A stretch of DNA of 64,000 nt from the NCBI GenBank assembly GCA_040218735.1, contig JAVJQW010000019.1:376850-440849 (forward strand), in the 5' to 3' direction. This document shows positions 31,401-41,897 of the stretch, piece after piece (the first letter of the stretch is position 1; each line of letters opens with the position of its first letter). The DNA comes from Deltaproteobacteria bacterium. GTDB taxonomy: Bacteria > Myxococcota > Kuafuiibacteriia > Kuafuiibacteriales > Kuafuiibacteriaceae. The position numbers were made by a program, and so were the translations under genes. The notes under the pieces are model-generated. The model was not told the DNA's origin. It saw only the letters and a program-made list of their open reading frames with translations, and ran no database searches.

Positions 31401-32108
31401 TCAGAGCTGCAGGAAGAGGTTCAGCGCGAGCACGTGATTGATCGCGTCGGTGGCGCGGTTCAGCACCACGTTGAGGTAACCGACCTCCACGCGCATCCCG
31501 GGGTAGCCGACGATCCCGGGTCCCACGAAGATGCGGTTCTGGTCGAACCCGGCGGCCTGGCCCCAGGCCGCGTCGTTGACCGGAAGGAACACCTCGTCCC
31601 AAACGGCGATGAGAAAGGGCGAGTCGCCGAAGCGGTAGTTCGCTCTCAAGAAGAGTCGCGCGCGGAGCCCGAGCCCGCTTTCGCCCTGAACGAGGCGCTG
31701 CTCGAAGCGCGGTCGGACGTTGAGCACCAGGCCTTCGACGGGCTTGGGGACCCAGAGGAGCTGCTGCCATACACGATGTTCGTGCCGATTCGGCGCACCG
31801 TCGTTGAACGTCGGCACCCACGCGTAGCCGAGGTGCACCGTGAGATCGGAGGTCAGTCGATAACCGAGCGCCGGACGAATGATCGCGACCGTGTTGTCAC
31901 CGCCGCGTCGTGCGTGCCCGTCGAACCACAGCGTGAAGTCGCTGTCGCCGACGTTCTTGCCGAGGAAGGTCGCCGCCCAGCTCTGGAACTCGGAGGTCGT
32001 GCCCTGTGCGGCGGCGTTCGAGGGCGCGACGAGCAAGCCGAGCACCACCACTGCGCAAGCGGAGGCCCGACGAAGGGCGGGTGGACCAAGAGGGGATCGC
32101 GAGGACAT
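31401..32108 (-). CDS. DUF2490 family outer-membrane beta-barrel protein
   Basis: IIRPALGYRL; EHRVWQQL; RPRFEQRL; DEVFL; GFDQNRIFVG; EVGYLN. Confidence 0.85.
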   Translation of the reverse strand: MSSRSPLGPPALRRASACAVVVLGLLVAPSNAAAQGTTSEFQSWAATFLGKNVGDSDFTLWFDGHARRGGDNTVAIIRPALGYRLTSDLTVHLGYAWVPTFNDGAPNRHEHRVWQQLLWVPKPVEGLVLNVRPRFEQRLVQGESGLGLRARLFLRANYRFGDSPFLIAVWDEVFLPVNDAAWGQAAGFDQNRIFVGPGIVGYPGMRVEVGYLNVVLNRATDAINHVLALNLFLQL

Positions 32109-32153
32109 CGAAGCGCGGTAGCGCGGACCCGACGGCCTGTCGAGCCGTGAAAC

Positions 32154-33515
32154 TCACATCGACGCGGTGCTGGTCTTCGTCACCAGGCCCTCGTCCGCGA
32201 GCCAACCGTAGATCTGCTTCGCCACGAGCGCGTTGCCCTTCGCGGTGAAGTGGTCTTGGTCGAAGAAGTACTCGCGGATCTTCCACGCGTAGAACTTGCG
32301 GATCGCTTCGTCGTCGTACTTCGTTCGCATCGCGGCGAGCAGCTCCGGGTCGTCGAAGAGCGCGGACTCGAATTCGGGGAGGACGTCGATCGCGTCCACC
32401 CCGTGGCGCTTCGCGTGGTCGAGCACGATGCGCTGCGGCGTCTTCAGCGCGTCTTCCGCGAGGAGCTGGAAGGTGAACGGGAACACGAGCACGAGCAGCG
32501 GTTTCTCTTCTTTCTCGGCGATTGCGTAGATCCGCTCGAGGTCCTGCTCGATGAACTTCCACGCCTCCACGAACCGCGGCTCGGTCTCGGAGCCGAGCGC
32601 CATCGCGCGCACGTCGTAGCGCTCGTGGCGCTTCTCGGCTTCGAGGGTCTTGCCGCGCGTCTGCAGCGTCTGGATCACGCGCCCCACGCCGGTCTCGTTG
32701 AGGAGCCAACCGAGCGCCGCGCTCGGGGTCTGCTGGACCGCGTGGTAGTCGACGCCGGTGCCGCCGAGCTCCGCGTCGACGATGAACGGCTCGGTGACGT
32801 CGTTGAGGCAGAAGCCGACCACGATGAAGTCCGGCTGAAACCGCAGCGCGTCCTCGAGGACCACGCGCTCCTGGAACGTCGAGTACCCGTGGACGCCGGT
32901 GTTGATCGCCTGGTGCTGCGCGTGGGTCTTGTCGTGCGCCGCGAGGAGCTTCTCGAGCTGCGTCGCGTAGGTGGCTTCGTGCGGGACGCCGTACCCCATC
33001 GTCACGGAGTCGCCGATCATCAGCCCGCGTAGCTCACCCTCCGGCTTGGCGACCGGGAACGCCACGTCGTGCTGCCCGTAGTCGTTGATGTGGTACTGCC
33101 CGAGCGACGGGTCTCCCGGGTGGATCCAGCGCGTGACGCCGGGGCGGTGTCGGTAGCGCAGCACCGGATCGTGCTCCCACAGCGGCAGCCCGAACGACGC
33201 GAGCACGTAGCGGTCCGCGAGGATCACGCCCGCGAGCATCAACGTCAGCATGACGAGGCCGTCGTGTTTAGGTGATCTCGAGAACAGGCTCCCGAGCACG
33301 AAGACCAACACGCCGATCCCGAACGCCCACAGCGAGTAACCGAGGAGGACGTCCATCCGGTCGAGCGCGCCGGGTCCGCCGAAGCGGCCAGCCACCCACG
33401 GGCTGCGGACGACGCCGGAGGCGAGGATGCCGAGACCCATCAACGACAACAAGCCGCCGCCGATCTCCCGACCCGTGAACGTCCGCATGGCGGCGGGATG
33501 GTCGGTGTGATCCAA
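32154..33515 (-). CDS. Membrane-anchored SGNH/GDSL hydrolase family protein
   Basis: Three N-terminal TM segments; blocks IGDSVTMGYG, NTGVHGY, FCLND, DQDH. Start may be ATG near 33488. Confidence 0.88.
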   Translation of the reverse strand: MDHTDHPAAMRTFTGREIGGGLLSLMGLGILASGVVRSPWVAGRFGGPGALDRMDVLLGYSLWAFGIGVLVFVLGSLFSRSPKHDGLVMLTLMLAGVILADRYVLASFGLPLWEHDPVLRYRHRPGVTRWIHPGDPSLGQYHINDYGQHDVAFPVAKPEGELRGLMIGDSVTMGYGVPHEATYATQLEKLLAAHDKTHAQHQAINTGVHGYSTFQERVVLEDALRFQPDFIVVGFCLNDVTEPFIVDAELGGTGVDYHAVQQTPSAALGWLLNETGVGRVIQTLQTRGKTLEAEKRHERYDVRAMALGSETEPRFVEAWKFIEQDLERIYAIAEKEEKPLLVLVFPFTFQLLAEDALKTPQRIVLDHAKRHGVDAIDVLPEFESALFDDPELLAAMRTKYDDEAIRKFYAWKIREYFFDQDHFTAKGNALVAKQIYGWLADEGLVTKTSTASM

Positions 33516-33544
33516 CCGCGGCGCAAGCGCCCGGGCGCCCGTGT

Positions 33545-36001
33545 TCAGTCGGTGCGCACGGTATAGGCGAAGTCCTGCGCGTCGGGTTCGTCGAGCAGCG
33601 GTTGCAGCCGCCCGTCACGGAGGAGCGCGAAGACCCCGTAGTCCCCGTTCACCACCGCGCGGACGATCGGATACGGCGCGTCGACCGGATACATCCCGAC
33701 GACCGACGTCGTCCGGTCCGTCAGCACCTGCGACCAACCGAGGTCGAACGCGTACCGATACAGCCGCCCGTCCGTGTTCTCGAGGTGGAACAGAGCTTCG
33801 TCGCCGTCGCTGAACGCCATGGGCGTCGCGTCGAACCCGATCGCGATCGGCTCGAACGGGTCCAGCGATCGGACCACGTTCAGCCACCCCGCCACGCGAT
33901 ACGCGAAGCCAGCGCCGCTGCGCGTCGGGAGCTGGTAGACGAAGCCGTCCCGGGTGATCGGCGTGACCTCGCCCGTGTCGAGGTGCACGAGGTCGGCGGC
34001 GCTCCCGTACGTGACGAGCACCCGACGCTGTTCGAGGAAGATGGCTTCGACGCGCCCGTCGGCTTCGAGGCGCCGCGGCTCGGTGACCTCGTCCAGCGCG
34101 ACGAGGTACGGCCCGTTGACGCCGCCGAAGGTCAAGAAGGCGACGTCGTCTTCCACGCGAAGGTTCAGTGAGAGGCCATCGCGTGGGTTGCGCGGGAACG
34201 ACGCGTACGTCGTGACCACGCCGGCGGGCGTGACACCGATGATCTCGATCTGCGCGTCCGAGTACGCGAACACGACGAGCTGGTTCGTCGACGCCGACCA
34301 CTGGGCGTCGCCGACGAAGAGGCCTTCGAGCACGAGGATCTCCCGCGGTGCGTCGTAGGTGCCGTCCACGTCGACCACGACGACCCGCGCGGAATCGAGC
34401 CCGAACACGTGGGGCGCGGCGATGCGGATGTCGAACGGGAACCCCGGCCAGACCTCTTCGGTACCTTCCGCGTGGCGGCCGTCGAGCGCGAAGGCCTCGA
34501 GCCCGTAGGCCTCCGTCCCCTGGAGCCCCGCGAGGACGTAGTCGCCAACGGGGTCGAGTCGCACGGAGAAGCCGCGGTCCGCGATCCTTCGCGACTCTCC
34601 CGCGGCGCGCGGCGTCCACCACAAACCTCCCGCGCCGCGGTCGGTCACGACGCCGTCCCCGGCCGCGATCCCGAGTGTGTTGTTGGGTTGGAACCAGTCG
34701 GAGACGACCTCGGCGCGCCCCGGTCCGTCGACGCGATACATGCGCATCCCGGTGCCGCGGAGGAGCGCGAAGCCGCCGGTCGACGTGAAGAACGCGCCGT
34801 TCACGAACGTGTCGAGCTCGCCGGTCTCGAGGTCCAAGAGCTGCCCGCCGGAGAGCCGAAGGAACTGTCCGGTGGGGTCGAACTCGAAGCCGTTGCCGTC
34901 GGATTCAGCGATGAGCGACCCGTCGGCGCCGTAGACGTGCGTGCGTCCCTCGACGCGGACGGCGGCGTGCTGCCCGTCTTCGGAGACGGCGCGGATCGAC
35001 GGGACGACCTCGAAGCCGACCGTCGCCGTCGTGGTCCCGTTCGCGGTCGGTGCGACGAACAGCCCGGTGTCGAGGACCCACCAGATCCACTCGCCGTCCT
35101 TGGAGATCCAGGAGTTCCGGCTGTCCTCGATGACGACGCGCGGGGCGTCGTAGGTCGAACCGTCCGTGCGGTACGCGGTGACCGCGTCGTCGTCGTCGCA
35201 GAAGATCTCGCTGGCGTCCGCCGTGAAGCCGAGCACCTGTCGGCACCGCAGGGTCGGCGCGACGGCGGTGGTCGCCAGGTTGGTCGGGACGATCCGGACC
35301 CAGTCGCTCCCCGAGGTCGCGAGGATCGCGTCGCCGATGACCCGCGCCAGTCGTACGCCCTGGTTGTCCTGCGGATCGAAGAGGGTGAACGTCAGCCCCC
35401 GATCGATGTCGTAAGCGGTGAGCCGCTCCTCCGGGAAACGATCCTCGCGCACGATGAACCGCCCGGCGATCGCGATCTGAAAGCCCGAATCTCCGGAGAA
35501 CGCGACGACCGGCGCGGACGCGCCGTCGATCGGCGCGACCATCGTATCGAGCCCGAGCTCGAACACGACGTGGGTGTCGGAGACCACCGCGAGCCGGGTG
35601 AGGCCTTCGCCCTCGAAGAGGATCGTCGGCGCGGCCTGCGGGCGCGTGGTGTCGATGACGACGACGCGGTCGAGGCCGTTGCGGTCGTCGTGCCGGTAGA
35701 CGATGTGCGTGCGATCCGGCGTGAGCTGCGGGAGCGTGAAGCTCCCGCTCGGGATGCCGTACTCGATCGACCGCAGCGGCAGGAGCGGCGTGCGTTCCAG
35801 CGGGGTCTTCAGATCGAACGCGACGAACTCGTCGACGTCGCTCGTCGCCCCGCAGAGGATCGGATCGAACGCGGGGGGCACCTGCACACCGCCGTCGCGC
35901 GGGACGACCTCTGGTCCCCCGTCGCGCGGGAGGGGGAGCGGCGTCTCGGCGGCGCACCCGACGGCGAGGAAGAGGACGGCCCACCGGCGCACGACCCTCA
36001 C
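33545..36001 (-). CDS. Large beta-propeller-like lipoprotein, function unknown
   Basis: Lipobox AVGC; beta-rich with recurring xxDG(S/T)xxxPR turns and TolB-like PD/SxDG motifs. Confidence 0.7.
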   Translation of the reverse strand: MRVVRRWAVLFLAVGCAAETPLPLPRDGGPEVVPRDGGVQVPPAFDPILCGATSDVDEFVAFDLKTPLERTPLLPLRSIEYGIPSGSFTLPQLTPDRTHIVYRHDDRNGLDRVVVIDTTRPQAAPTILFEGEGLTRLAVVSDTHVVFELGLDTMVAPIDGASAPVVAFSGDSGFQIAIAGRFIVREDRFPEERLTAYDIDRGLTFTLFDPQDNQGVRLARVIGDAILATSGSDWVRIVPTNLATTAVAPTLRCRQVLGFTADASEIFCDDDDAVTAYRTDGSTYDAPRVVIEDSRNSWISKDGEWIWWVLDTGLFVAPTANGTTTATVGFEVVPSIRAVSEDGQHAAVRVEGRTHVYGADGSLIAESDGNGFEFDPTGQFLRLSGGQLLDLETGELDTFVNGAFFTSTGGFALLRGTGMRMYRVDGPGRAEVVSDWFQPNNTLGIAAGDGVVTDRGAGGLWWTPRAAGESRRIADRGFSVRLDPVGDYVLAGLQGTEAYGLEAFALDGRHAEGTEEVWPGFPFDIRIAAPHVFGLDSARVVVVDVDGTYDAPREILVLEGLFVGDAQWSASTNQLVVFAYSDAQIEIIGVTPAGVVTTYASFPRNPRDGLSLNLRVEDDVAFLTFGGVNGPYLVALDEVTEPRRLEADGRVEAIFLEQRRVLVTYGSAADLVHLDTGEVTPITRDGFVYQLPTRSGAGFAYRVAGWLNVVRSLDPFEPIAIGFDATPMAFSDGDEALFHLENTDGRLYRYAFDLGWSQVLTDRTTSVVGMYPVDAPYPIVRAVVNGDYGVFALLRDGRLQPLLDEPDAQDFAYTVRTD

Positions 36002-36103
36002 TGTACCAAACGTGATCTACGTCTCGGCGCGAAATTACTTGGCGCGTGTAACCAACATCGGGCGGCGGGCTCCGTAGGTCACGGCAAGGAGTCATCCCAC
36101 GAC

Positions 36104-36946
36104 GTGAACAACCTTCCGATCACCCGAAATTACCTCCCGATCACCGCGACGGTGGCCACGCCGACGCAGACGCCGCGCGAGCTCACGCTCACGCCGGATC
36201 TCGCCACCGCGGACAGCTGGTCGCCCGTCCTGCACCGGCCCGCGTGGGCCCCCGAGGGACCCTCGGGCGGGAGCGCTGCACGCGATGCGTTCGTCGCCGC
36301 GACCGACACCCTCACCGGCGATCTCTACACCGAGCTGCGCAACACCAGCGGGCAGGTCGAGGGGTCGTTCATCCCGGCGTTCGATGAGCTCGCGCGCATT
36401 CGTCACCGCATTCGTCAGGGGGAGGCGGTGCCGCGGCAAGAGCTGGAGGACGCGATCGCCGCCGCGCGGAGCGGCCTGCAGGAGGCGATGGCGAACCACG
36501 ACAGCGACGCCTTTCACGCCGCCGCGCAGCGGGCGATCGGTACCCTCGACGGGCTGTCCTTCGAGGACGGCGACACCGCGTTGACCGCGCTGCTCGACGG
36601 ATCGACGAGCGCGTTGTCCGAGGCGTTGGAGGGCGGCGGGCTCGTCTCCGACCTCGTGAACACCGCGACGAACGAGACCCCGGATCTGCTGCAGAACGCG
36701 ATGTACGATCTGCTGACGCGTCTGGAGTCGGGGGACGTGTCGCTGTCGCAGCTTCGACGCGAGCTGAACGCGTTCCGTCGGGACCTGGCGCCGCTCGCGG
36801 CCGGTGGAAGCGACGCCGCGTCCGCGCTGCTGTCGTTCCTGAACGAGCTGCGGCCGCTCGAGCGCGCGGCGGCGGTCGAGCAGCTCCAAAACGGCGCGCC
36901 GATCGCGGCGCACCTGTTGATCCCGCGCGACCGGATCAGCGGCTGA
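36104..36946 (+). CDS. Hypothetical alpha-helical protein (280 aa)
   Basis: GTG start downstream of AAGGAG; GC3-rich codon usage; Thr/Pro-rich N-terminus followed by helical heptad-like sequence. Confidence 0.7.
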   Translation: MNNLPITRNYLPITATVATPTQTPRELTLTPDLATADSWSPVLHRPAWAPEGPSGGSAARDAFVAATDTLTGDLYTELRNTSGQVEGSFIPAFDELARIRHRIRQGEAVPRQELEDAIAAARSGLQEAMANHDSDAFHAAAQRAIGTLDGLSFEDGDTALTALLDGSTSALSEALEGGGLVSDLVNTATNETPDLLQNAMYDLLTRLESGDVSLSQLRRELNAFRRDLAPLAAGGSDAASALLSFLNELRPLERAAAVEQLQNGAPIAAHLLIPRDRISG

Positions 36947-37580
36947 TCACGTTGCGGCGGACGGCCTGCACCTTGCGGCTGCGGCGCGCCTTCTCGATCC
37001 GCGGTCGCCACGCACACCCGTCGAGGTGATCGTTCACGAGCCCCATCGCCTGCATGAACGCGTACGCGGTGGTGGGGCCCACGAACTTCCAGCCGCGTTT
37101 CTTCAGGTCCTTCGACATCGCCTTCGCGGAGGCGGTCGTCGTCATCGCGCGCATCGCGGCGTAGTCGAACTGCGCCGGGCGTTCGTCGTCGCCGGGCTCC
37201 CAGCTCCAGAAGTACGGGGTGAGGCCGCCGCACTCGTCGGCGAGGGCGACGGCGCGCTTCGCGTTGTTGATCGTCGCTTCGATCTTGCCGCGGTGGCGCA
37301 CGATGTCGGCGTTCTCAAGGAGGCGGTCGACCTTCGATGCGCGGTACTTCGCGACGCGCTCGAAGTCGAAGTCGTCGAACGCCTCGCGGAACGCTTCGCG
37401 CTTCCTCAGGATCGTCAGCCACGACAGCCCGGACTGGAACCCTTCGAGGCAGATCTTCTCGAAGAGGCGCGTGTCGTCGAGCGTCGGTTGGCCCCACTCG
37501 TCGTCGTGGTACGCGACGTAGTCGGGGAGCTCGCCGCACCACCAGCAGCGGGTTCGGTCCGTCGTGAGGAGGCCGTCCAT
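36936..37580 (-). CDS. tag: DNA-3-methyladenine glycosylase I
   Basis: RCWW...YHDDEWG; LEGFQSGLSWLTILRKR; IVRHRGKIEA.INNA; GWKFVGPTT.YAFMQAMGLVNDH..C. Confidence 0.96.
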   Translation of the reverse strand: MDGLLTTDRTRCWWCGELPDYVAYHDDEWGQPTLDDTRLFEKICLEGFQSGLSWLTILRKREAFREAFDDFDFERVAKYRASKVDRLLENADIVRHRGKIEATINNAKRAVALADECGGLTPYFWSWEPGDDERPAQFDYAAMRAMTTTASAKAMSKDLKKRGWKFVGPTTAYAFMQAMGLVNDHLDGCAWRPRIEKARRSRKVQAVRRNVISR

Positions 37581-37658
37581 CGTGGGCGCCCACGAATCAC
37601 GAAAGGCGTCGGTCGGCCAACGTTTGACTCGGCGCGTCAGGCGCGCCAACCGTGCCTC

Positions 37659-40600
37659 GTGACGAAAGAGCACGCGGCGTGTGGGGTCGGGTTCGTGGCG
37701 GCGACGGACGGCGAGGCGCAGCACGCGTTGCTCGGTAAGGCCATCGGGGCGCTGTGTCGGGTGGAGCACCGCGGCGGCGTGCTGGCCGACGGGGCGACGG
37801 GCGACGGCGCGGGGATCATGGCGGAGGTGCCGTTCGAGCTGCTCGGGGTCGAGCGGGGCTCGGTGGCGGTGGCGACGTTGTTCCTGCCGCAGCGGTCCTC
37901 GCGTAGGCGCGCGGCGCTCGACTGCTTCGAGGCTTCGCTCGACCACCTGGGGTTGGAGGTCGGCGGGTACCGTGACGTTCCGATCGACACGTCGATCCTC
38001 GGGCGTCAGGCGCGCGAGTCGATGCCGAAGATCGTCCACGCGTTCGTGAAGTGGCCGGCGTTCTGTCGCACGGCGGCGTCGTTCGACCAGCGGCTCTACC
38101 TCGCGAAGCAGTCGCTGAGGACGCGCCTGCGTCGCGCCGGGATCAACGACGAGATGTACTGTGTGTCGCTGTCGACGACGACGATCGTCTACAAGGCGCT
38201 CACTCGCGCGGACGCGCTCGCGAAGTTCTATCCGGACCTGTCGGACCCGCGCTTCGTCACCCGGTTCGCGCTGTTCCACCGGCGCTTCTCCACGAACACG
38301 AGCACGTCTTGGGACAAGGCGCAGCCGTTCCGGATGATCGCGCACAACGGGGAGATCAACACCATCGCCTGCAACCGCGCGTGGTCGTACTCGCGCGAGC
38401 AAGCGCTCGGGCTCCCCGTCGACGAGCTGCTCACGCACGAACACATCAGCGACTCCGGCAACCTCAACGAGATGGTCGAAGCGCTGCGCTACCGGAGCAG
38501 CATTCCGCACGTCTCGGAGATCCTCGCGATCATGGTGCCGCCCGCCGCGACGTCGCCGTTCTACGAGTTCTGGAGCCGCGCGGTGGAGCCGTGGGACGGC
38601 CCGGCGTTCCTCGCGTACTGCGACGGCGAGGCGGTCGGCGCGCGGCTCGATCGCAACGGCTTCCGCCCCGCGCGGTGGGCGCAGACGAAGCGTGCGCTGT
38701 ACCTCGCTTCGGAGGCGGGGGTGTTCGATCTCGACGAGTCGGAGATCGAACGGAAGGGCGCGCTCAACGGTGGTTCGGGCGCGCACGTCGTGCTCGACAC
38801 CGGCGAGGTGTTCTTCCGCGATCCCGCGTTGTCGCGCGAGAACAAACACGCGCACTTCGACGCGCGGCTGGAGCCGGTGGGTGCGCTGCCGATCGAGGGC
38901 GAGCCGACGACCGACCCCGCGCTGTTCGCGTACACCGAAGAGGACCGAAAGCTGTTCCTCGAGCCGATGTTCGAGACAGGCAAGGAGCCGATCGGCTCGA
39001 TGGGTTACACGGCGCGCCCCGCGGTGTTCTCGGATCAGCCGCGCTCGTTCTTCGACTTCTTCCACCAGACGTTCGCGCAGGTGACGAACCCGCCGCTGGA
39101 TCACTTGCGCGAGAAGATCGTCACGGACCTCCGCATCGCGCTCGGGCGTCGGCCGAACGTGTTCTCCGCGAAGGAGCTGATCCCGGTGACGCCGGGGCTG
39201 CTGCTCGAGTCGCCGATCCTCACGCTCGAGCAGATGGCGTACGTGCGGCGCGCGGCGGAGCTGTCGCCGAACGGTCGGTGCTTCGAGGCGGTGGAGCTGC
39301 ACACGACGTTTGCGCGGGTGCGCGGTCCGGAGGGGTTGGCCGAGGCGTTGGACGAGCTGCGCACGAAGGCGCTCGCGGCGATCCGGGGGAACTGTTCGAT
39401 CCTCGTCCTCACGGATCGTCTGGCGCGCCCGGCGCGTCCGCCGATCCCGAGCCTGCTCGCGCTCGCGGCGGTCGCGCAGGGGCTGACGGAGTGGGGGCAC
39501 CGGCTCGACGTCTCGTTGGTCGTCGACACGGGCGACGCGCGGACGAGTCACGACATCGCGGCGCTGATCGCGTTCGGCGCGGCGGCGGTGTGTCCGTACG
39601 TCCCGTTCGAGCTCGCGGGGGAGCGGAAAGACAACCTGCTCGCGGCGTACCGCGGGGGCCTGCTCAAGATCATGAGCAAGATGGGCATCTCGACGGTGCG
39701 CGGGTACCAGTCGTCGCAGCTGTTCACGACGCTCGGGTTGTCGCAGCGGCTCCTCGACGACTTCTTCCCGGGGCAGGTCAGCCCGATCGGTGGGTTGGAC
39801 CTGGACGCGGTCGCGGAGCGGATCCTCGCGTGGACCGACGAACCGAAGAAGAAGCTGCACGTGTTCCAGTGGCGCGAGCACAACAAGGGGGAGAGGGGCG
39901 AGCGCCACTCGATGACCAGCGCGATGTCGCGCGCGGTGCACGAGGTCGTCGAGGACGAGGGCGACGGTTTCCAACGCTGGGATGCGTACGAGCGCTACCT
40001 CGCGCTCGCGGATCACGAGCATCCGGTGAGCCCGCGGCACTTGCTCGACTTCGACCGCACGTCGTCGATCCCGCTGGAGGACGTGCAGCCGCTCGACGAG
40101 ATCCTGCGGCGCCTCTCCGCGGGGTCGATGTCGTTCGGTGCGATCAGCGCCGAGTCGCAGCGCGACATCATTCGCGCGATGAAGATCGTCGGCGGGCGGA
40201 GCGGGAGCGGCGAGGGCGGCGAGAATCCGTACTACTGGGTCGACGGGACGTACGCGAGCAGCAAGCAGGTCGCGTCGGGGCGCTTCGGCGTGACGGCGGA
40301 GTATCTGATCGGCGCGGAGGAGATCGAGATCAAGATCGCGCAGGGCGCGAAGCCGGGCGAGGGCGGGCAGCTGATGGGTGTGAAGGTGTCGGCGGACATC
40401 GCGCGCGCGCGGCACTCGAACGCGGGCGTGGATCTGATCTCCCCGCCGCCGCTGCACGACATCTACTCGATCGAGGATCTGCGCGAGCTGATCTACGAGC
40501 TGCAGCAGCTCGCGACGAACGCGCGCATCGCGGTGAAGTTGGTGGCCGGCGCGAACATCGGCGCGATCGCCGCGGGGGTGGTGAAGGCGGGCGCCGACGT

Positions 40601-41897
40601 CGTGCACATCAGCGGCGGCGACGGCGGCACCGGCGCGGCGACGCTCACCTCGATGAAACACGCGGGGCTGCCGTGGGAGCTCGGGCTCGCCGAGGCGCAC
40701 CGGGTGTTGGTCGAGCAGCAGCTCCGCGAGCACTGTGTGTTGCGGGTGGACGGTGGGTTGGCGTCGGGGCGCGACATCGTCGCGGCGGCGCTCCTCGGCG
40801 CGGAGCAGTACAGCTTCGGCAAGCTCCTCCTGATCGCGGAGGGCTGCATCATGGCGCGCGTCTGCGAGAAGAACACGTGCCCGCGCGGGATCGCGACGCA
40901 GGACGACAAGTACAAGAAGAAGTACCGCGGCACGACCGAGCACGTGGTGACGTTGCTGCGGTACCTCGCGGAGGACGTGCGTCGGCACCTCGCTTCGATG
41001 GGGGTGTCGCGGATCGAGGAGATCATCGGCGAGGGATCGCGGTGGGGGATCGGCGAGCGATTCGCGGACCTCGCGCGGGAGCGGGGGATCGATCTGTCGA
41101 TGCTCACCGCGTCCCGTCCGCATCGCCGCGGGACGCGTGGGCGTCTGCTGCAGGAGCCGACGAGCCGCCTCAACCAGCGCATCGTGGAGGACGCCGCGGA
41201 CCCTTCGCCGAAGCGCTACCGGATCGAGTCGAGCGACCGCGCGGTGCTCACGACGCTGAGCGGAACGATCGCGAAGCGTCGCTACGAGGCGCGGATCGCG
41301 AAGCGCGAGGTCGAGCGCGAGGCGACGCTCGATCGGACGTTCGTGGGCAGCGCCGGACAGGGCTTCGCGGCGTTCCTCGTCGACGGGATCCACGCGACGC
41401 TGATCGGCGAAGCGAACGACTCGGTGGCGAAGTCGATGTCCGGCGGGCGCCTCGTGGTGCGGCCGGCCGACGAGGCGCCGTTCGAGCCCGCGACCAACGC
41501 GATCATCGGCAACGCCGCGCTCTACGGCGCGACCGGCGGGACGCTCTACGTGTACGGCACGGCGGGGGATCGGTTCGCGGTGCGCAACAGCGGCGCCACC
41601 GCGGTGGTCGAAGGGACCGGCCTGCACGCCTGCGAGTACATGACCAACGGCGTGGTGGTGATCCTCGGCGACGTGAAGCCGAACGTCGGCGCGGGGATGA
41701 CCGGCGGGACGCTCTACCTGCGGCGGCACCAGATCCCGCAGGTCAACGAGGCCTACCTCGCGTGCCACACCATCGAGGACGACGCCGAGCTGCGCGCGCT
41801 CCTCGAGGACTACGCAAAGGCCACCGGGAGTGAGACGGCGGAGCGTGCGATGACCGAATCACTCCCGGAGGCCTTCGTCGTGTGTCGCCCGCGCTGA
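37659..41897 (+). CDS. gltB: Glutamate synthase large subunit
   Basis: EHAA-CGVGF amidotransferase N-terminus; RFSTNT; AHNGEINT; EPWDGPA; FAQVTNPP; KQVASGRFGVT; QGAKPGEGGQL; ISPPPLHDIYSIEDL; CIMARVCEKNTC; GXGXG domain. Confidence 0.97.
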   Translation: MTKEHAACGVGFVAATDGEAQHALLGKAIGALCRVEHRGGVLADGATGDGAGIMAEVPFELLGVERGSVAVATLFLPQRSSRRRAALDCFEASLDHLGLEVGGYRDVPIDTSILGRQARESMPKIVHAFVKWPAFCRTAASFDQRLYLAKQSLRTRLRRAGINDEMYCVSLSTTTIVYKALTRADALAKFYPDLSDPRFVTRFALFHRRFSTNTSTSWDKAQPFRMIAHNGEINTIACNRAWSYSREQALGLPVDELLTHEHISDSGNLNEMVEALRYRSSIPHVSEILAIMVPPAATSPFYEFWSRAVEPWDGPAFLAYCDGEAVGARLDRNGFRPARWAQTKRALYLASEAGVFDLDESEIERKGALNGGSGAHVVLDTGEVFFRDPALSRENKHAHFDARLEPVGALPIEGEPTTDPALFAYTEEDRKLFLEPMFETGKEPIGSMGYTARPAVFSDQPRSFFDFFHQTFAQVTNPPLDHLREKIVTDLRIALGRRPNVFSAKELIPVTPGLLLESPILTLEQMAYVRRAAELSPNGRCFEAVELHTTFARVRGPEGLAEALDELRTKALAAIRGNCSILVLTDRLARPARPPIPSLLALAAVAQGLTEWGHRLDVSLVVDTGDARTSHDIAALIAFGAAAVCPYVPFELAGERKDNLLAAYRGGLLKIMSKMGISTVRGYQSSQLFTTLGLSQRLLDDFFPGQVSPIGGLDLDAVAERILAWTDEPKKKLHVFQWREHNKGERGERHSMTSAMSRAVHEVVEDEGDGFQRWDAYERYLALADHEHPVSPRHLLDFDRTSSIPLEDVQPLDEILRRLSAGSMSFGAISAESQRDIIRAMKIVGGRSGSGEGGENPYYWVDGTYASSKQVASGRFGVTAEYLIGAEEIEIKIAQGAKPGEGGQLMGVKVSADIARARHSNAGVDLISPPPLHDIYSIEDLRELIYELQQLATNARIAVKLVAGANIGAIAAGVVKAGADVVHISGGDGGTGAATLTSMKHAGLPWELGLAEAHRVLVEQQLREHCVLRVDGGLASGRDIVAAALLGAEQYSFGKLLLIAEGCIMARVCEKNTCPRGIATQDDKYKKKYRGTTEHVVTLLRYLAEDVRRHLASMGVSRIEEIIGEGSRWGIGERFADLARERGIDLSMLTASRPHRRGTRGRLLQEPTSRLNQRIVEDAADPSPKRYRIESSDRAVLTTLSGTIAKRRYEARIAKREVEREATLDRTFVGSAGQGFAAFLVDGIHATLIGEANDSVAKSMSGGRLVVRPADEAPFEPATNAIIGNAALYGATGGTLYVYGTAGDRFAVRNSGATAVVEGTGLHACEYMTNGVVVILGDVKPNVGAGMTGGTLYLRRHQIPQVNEAYLACHTIEDDAELRALLEDYAKATGSETAERAMTESLPEAFVVCRPR

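Noticed and set aside
34409-36103. Upstream part of the 845-aa plus-strand ORF
   Set aside because: Shadow of the lipoprotein on the minus strand; RBS and codon bias support a start at 36104.
37581-41768. Apparent 1610-aa giant Tag fusion
   Set aside because: The extension is the stop-free antisense frame of gltB (a high-GC artefact); only the last 214 aa are Tag.
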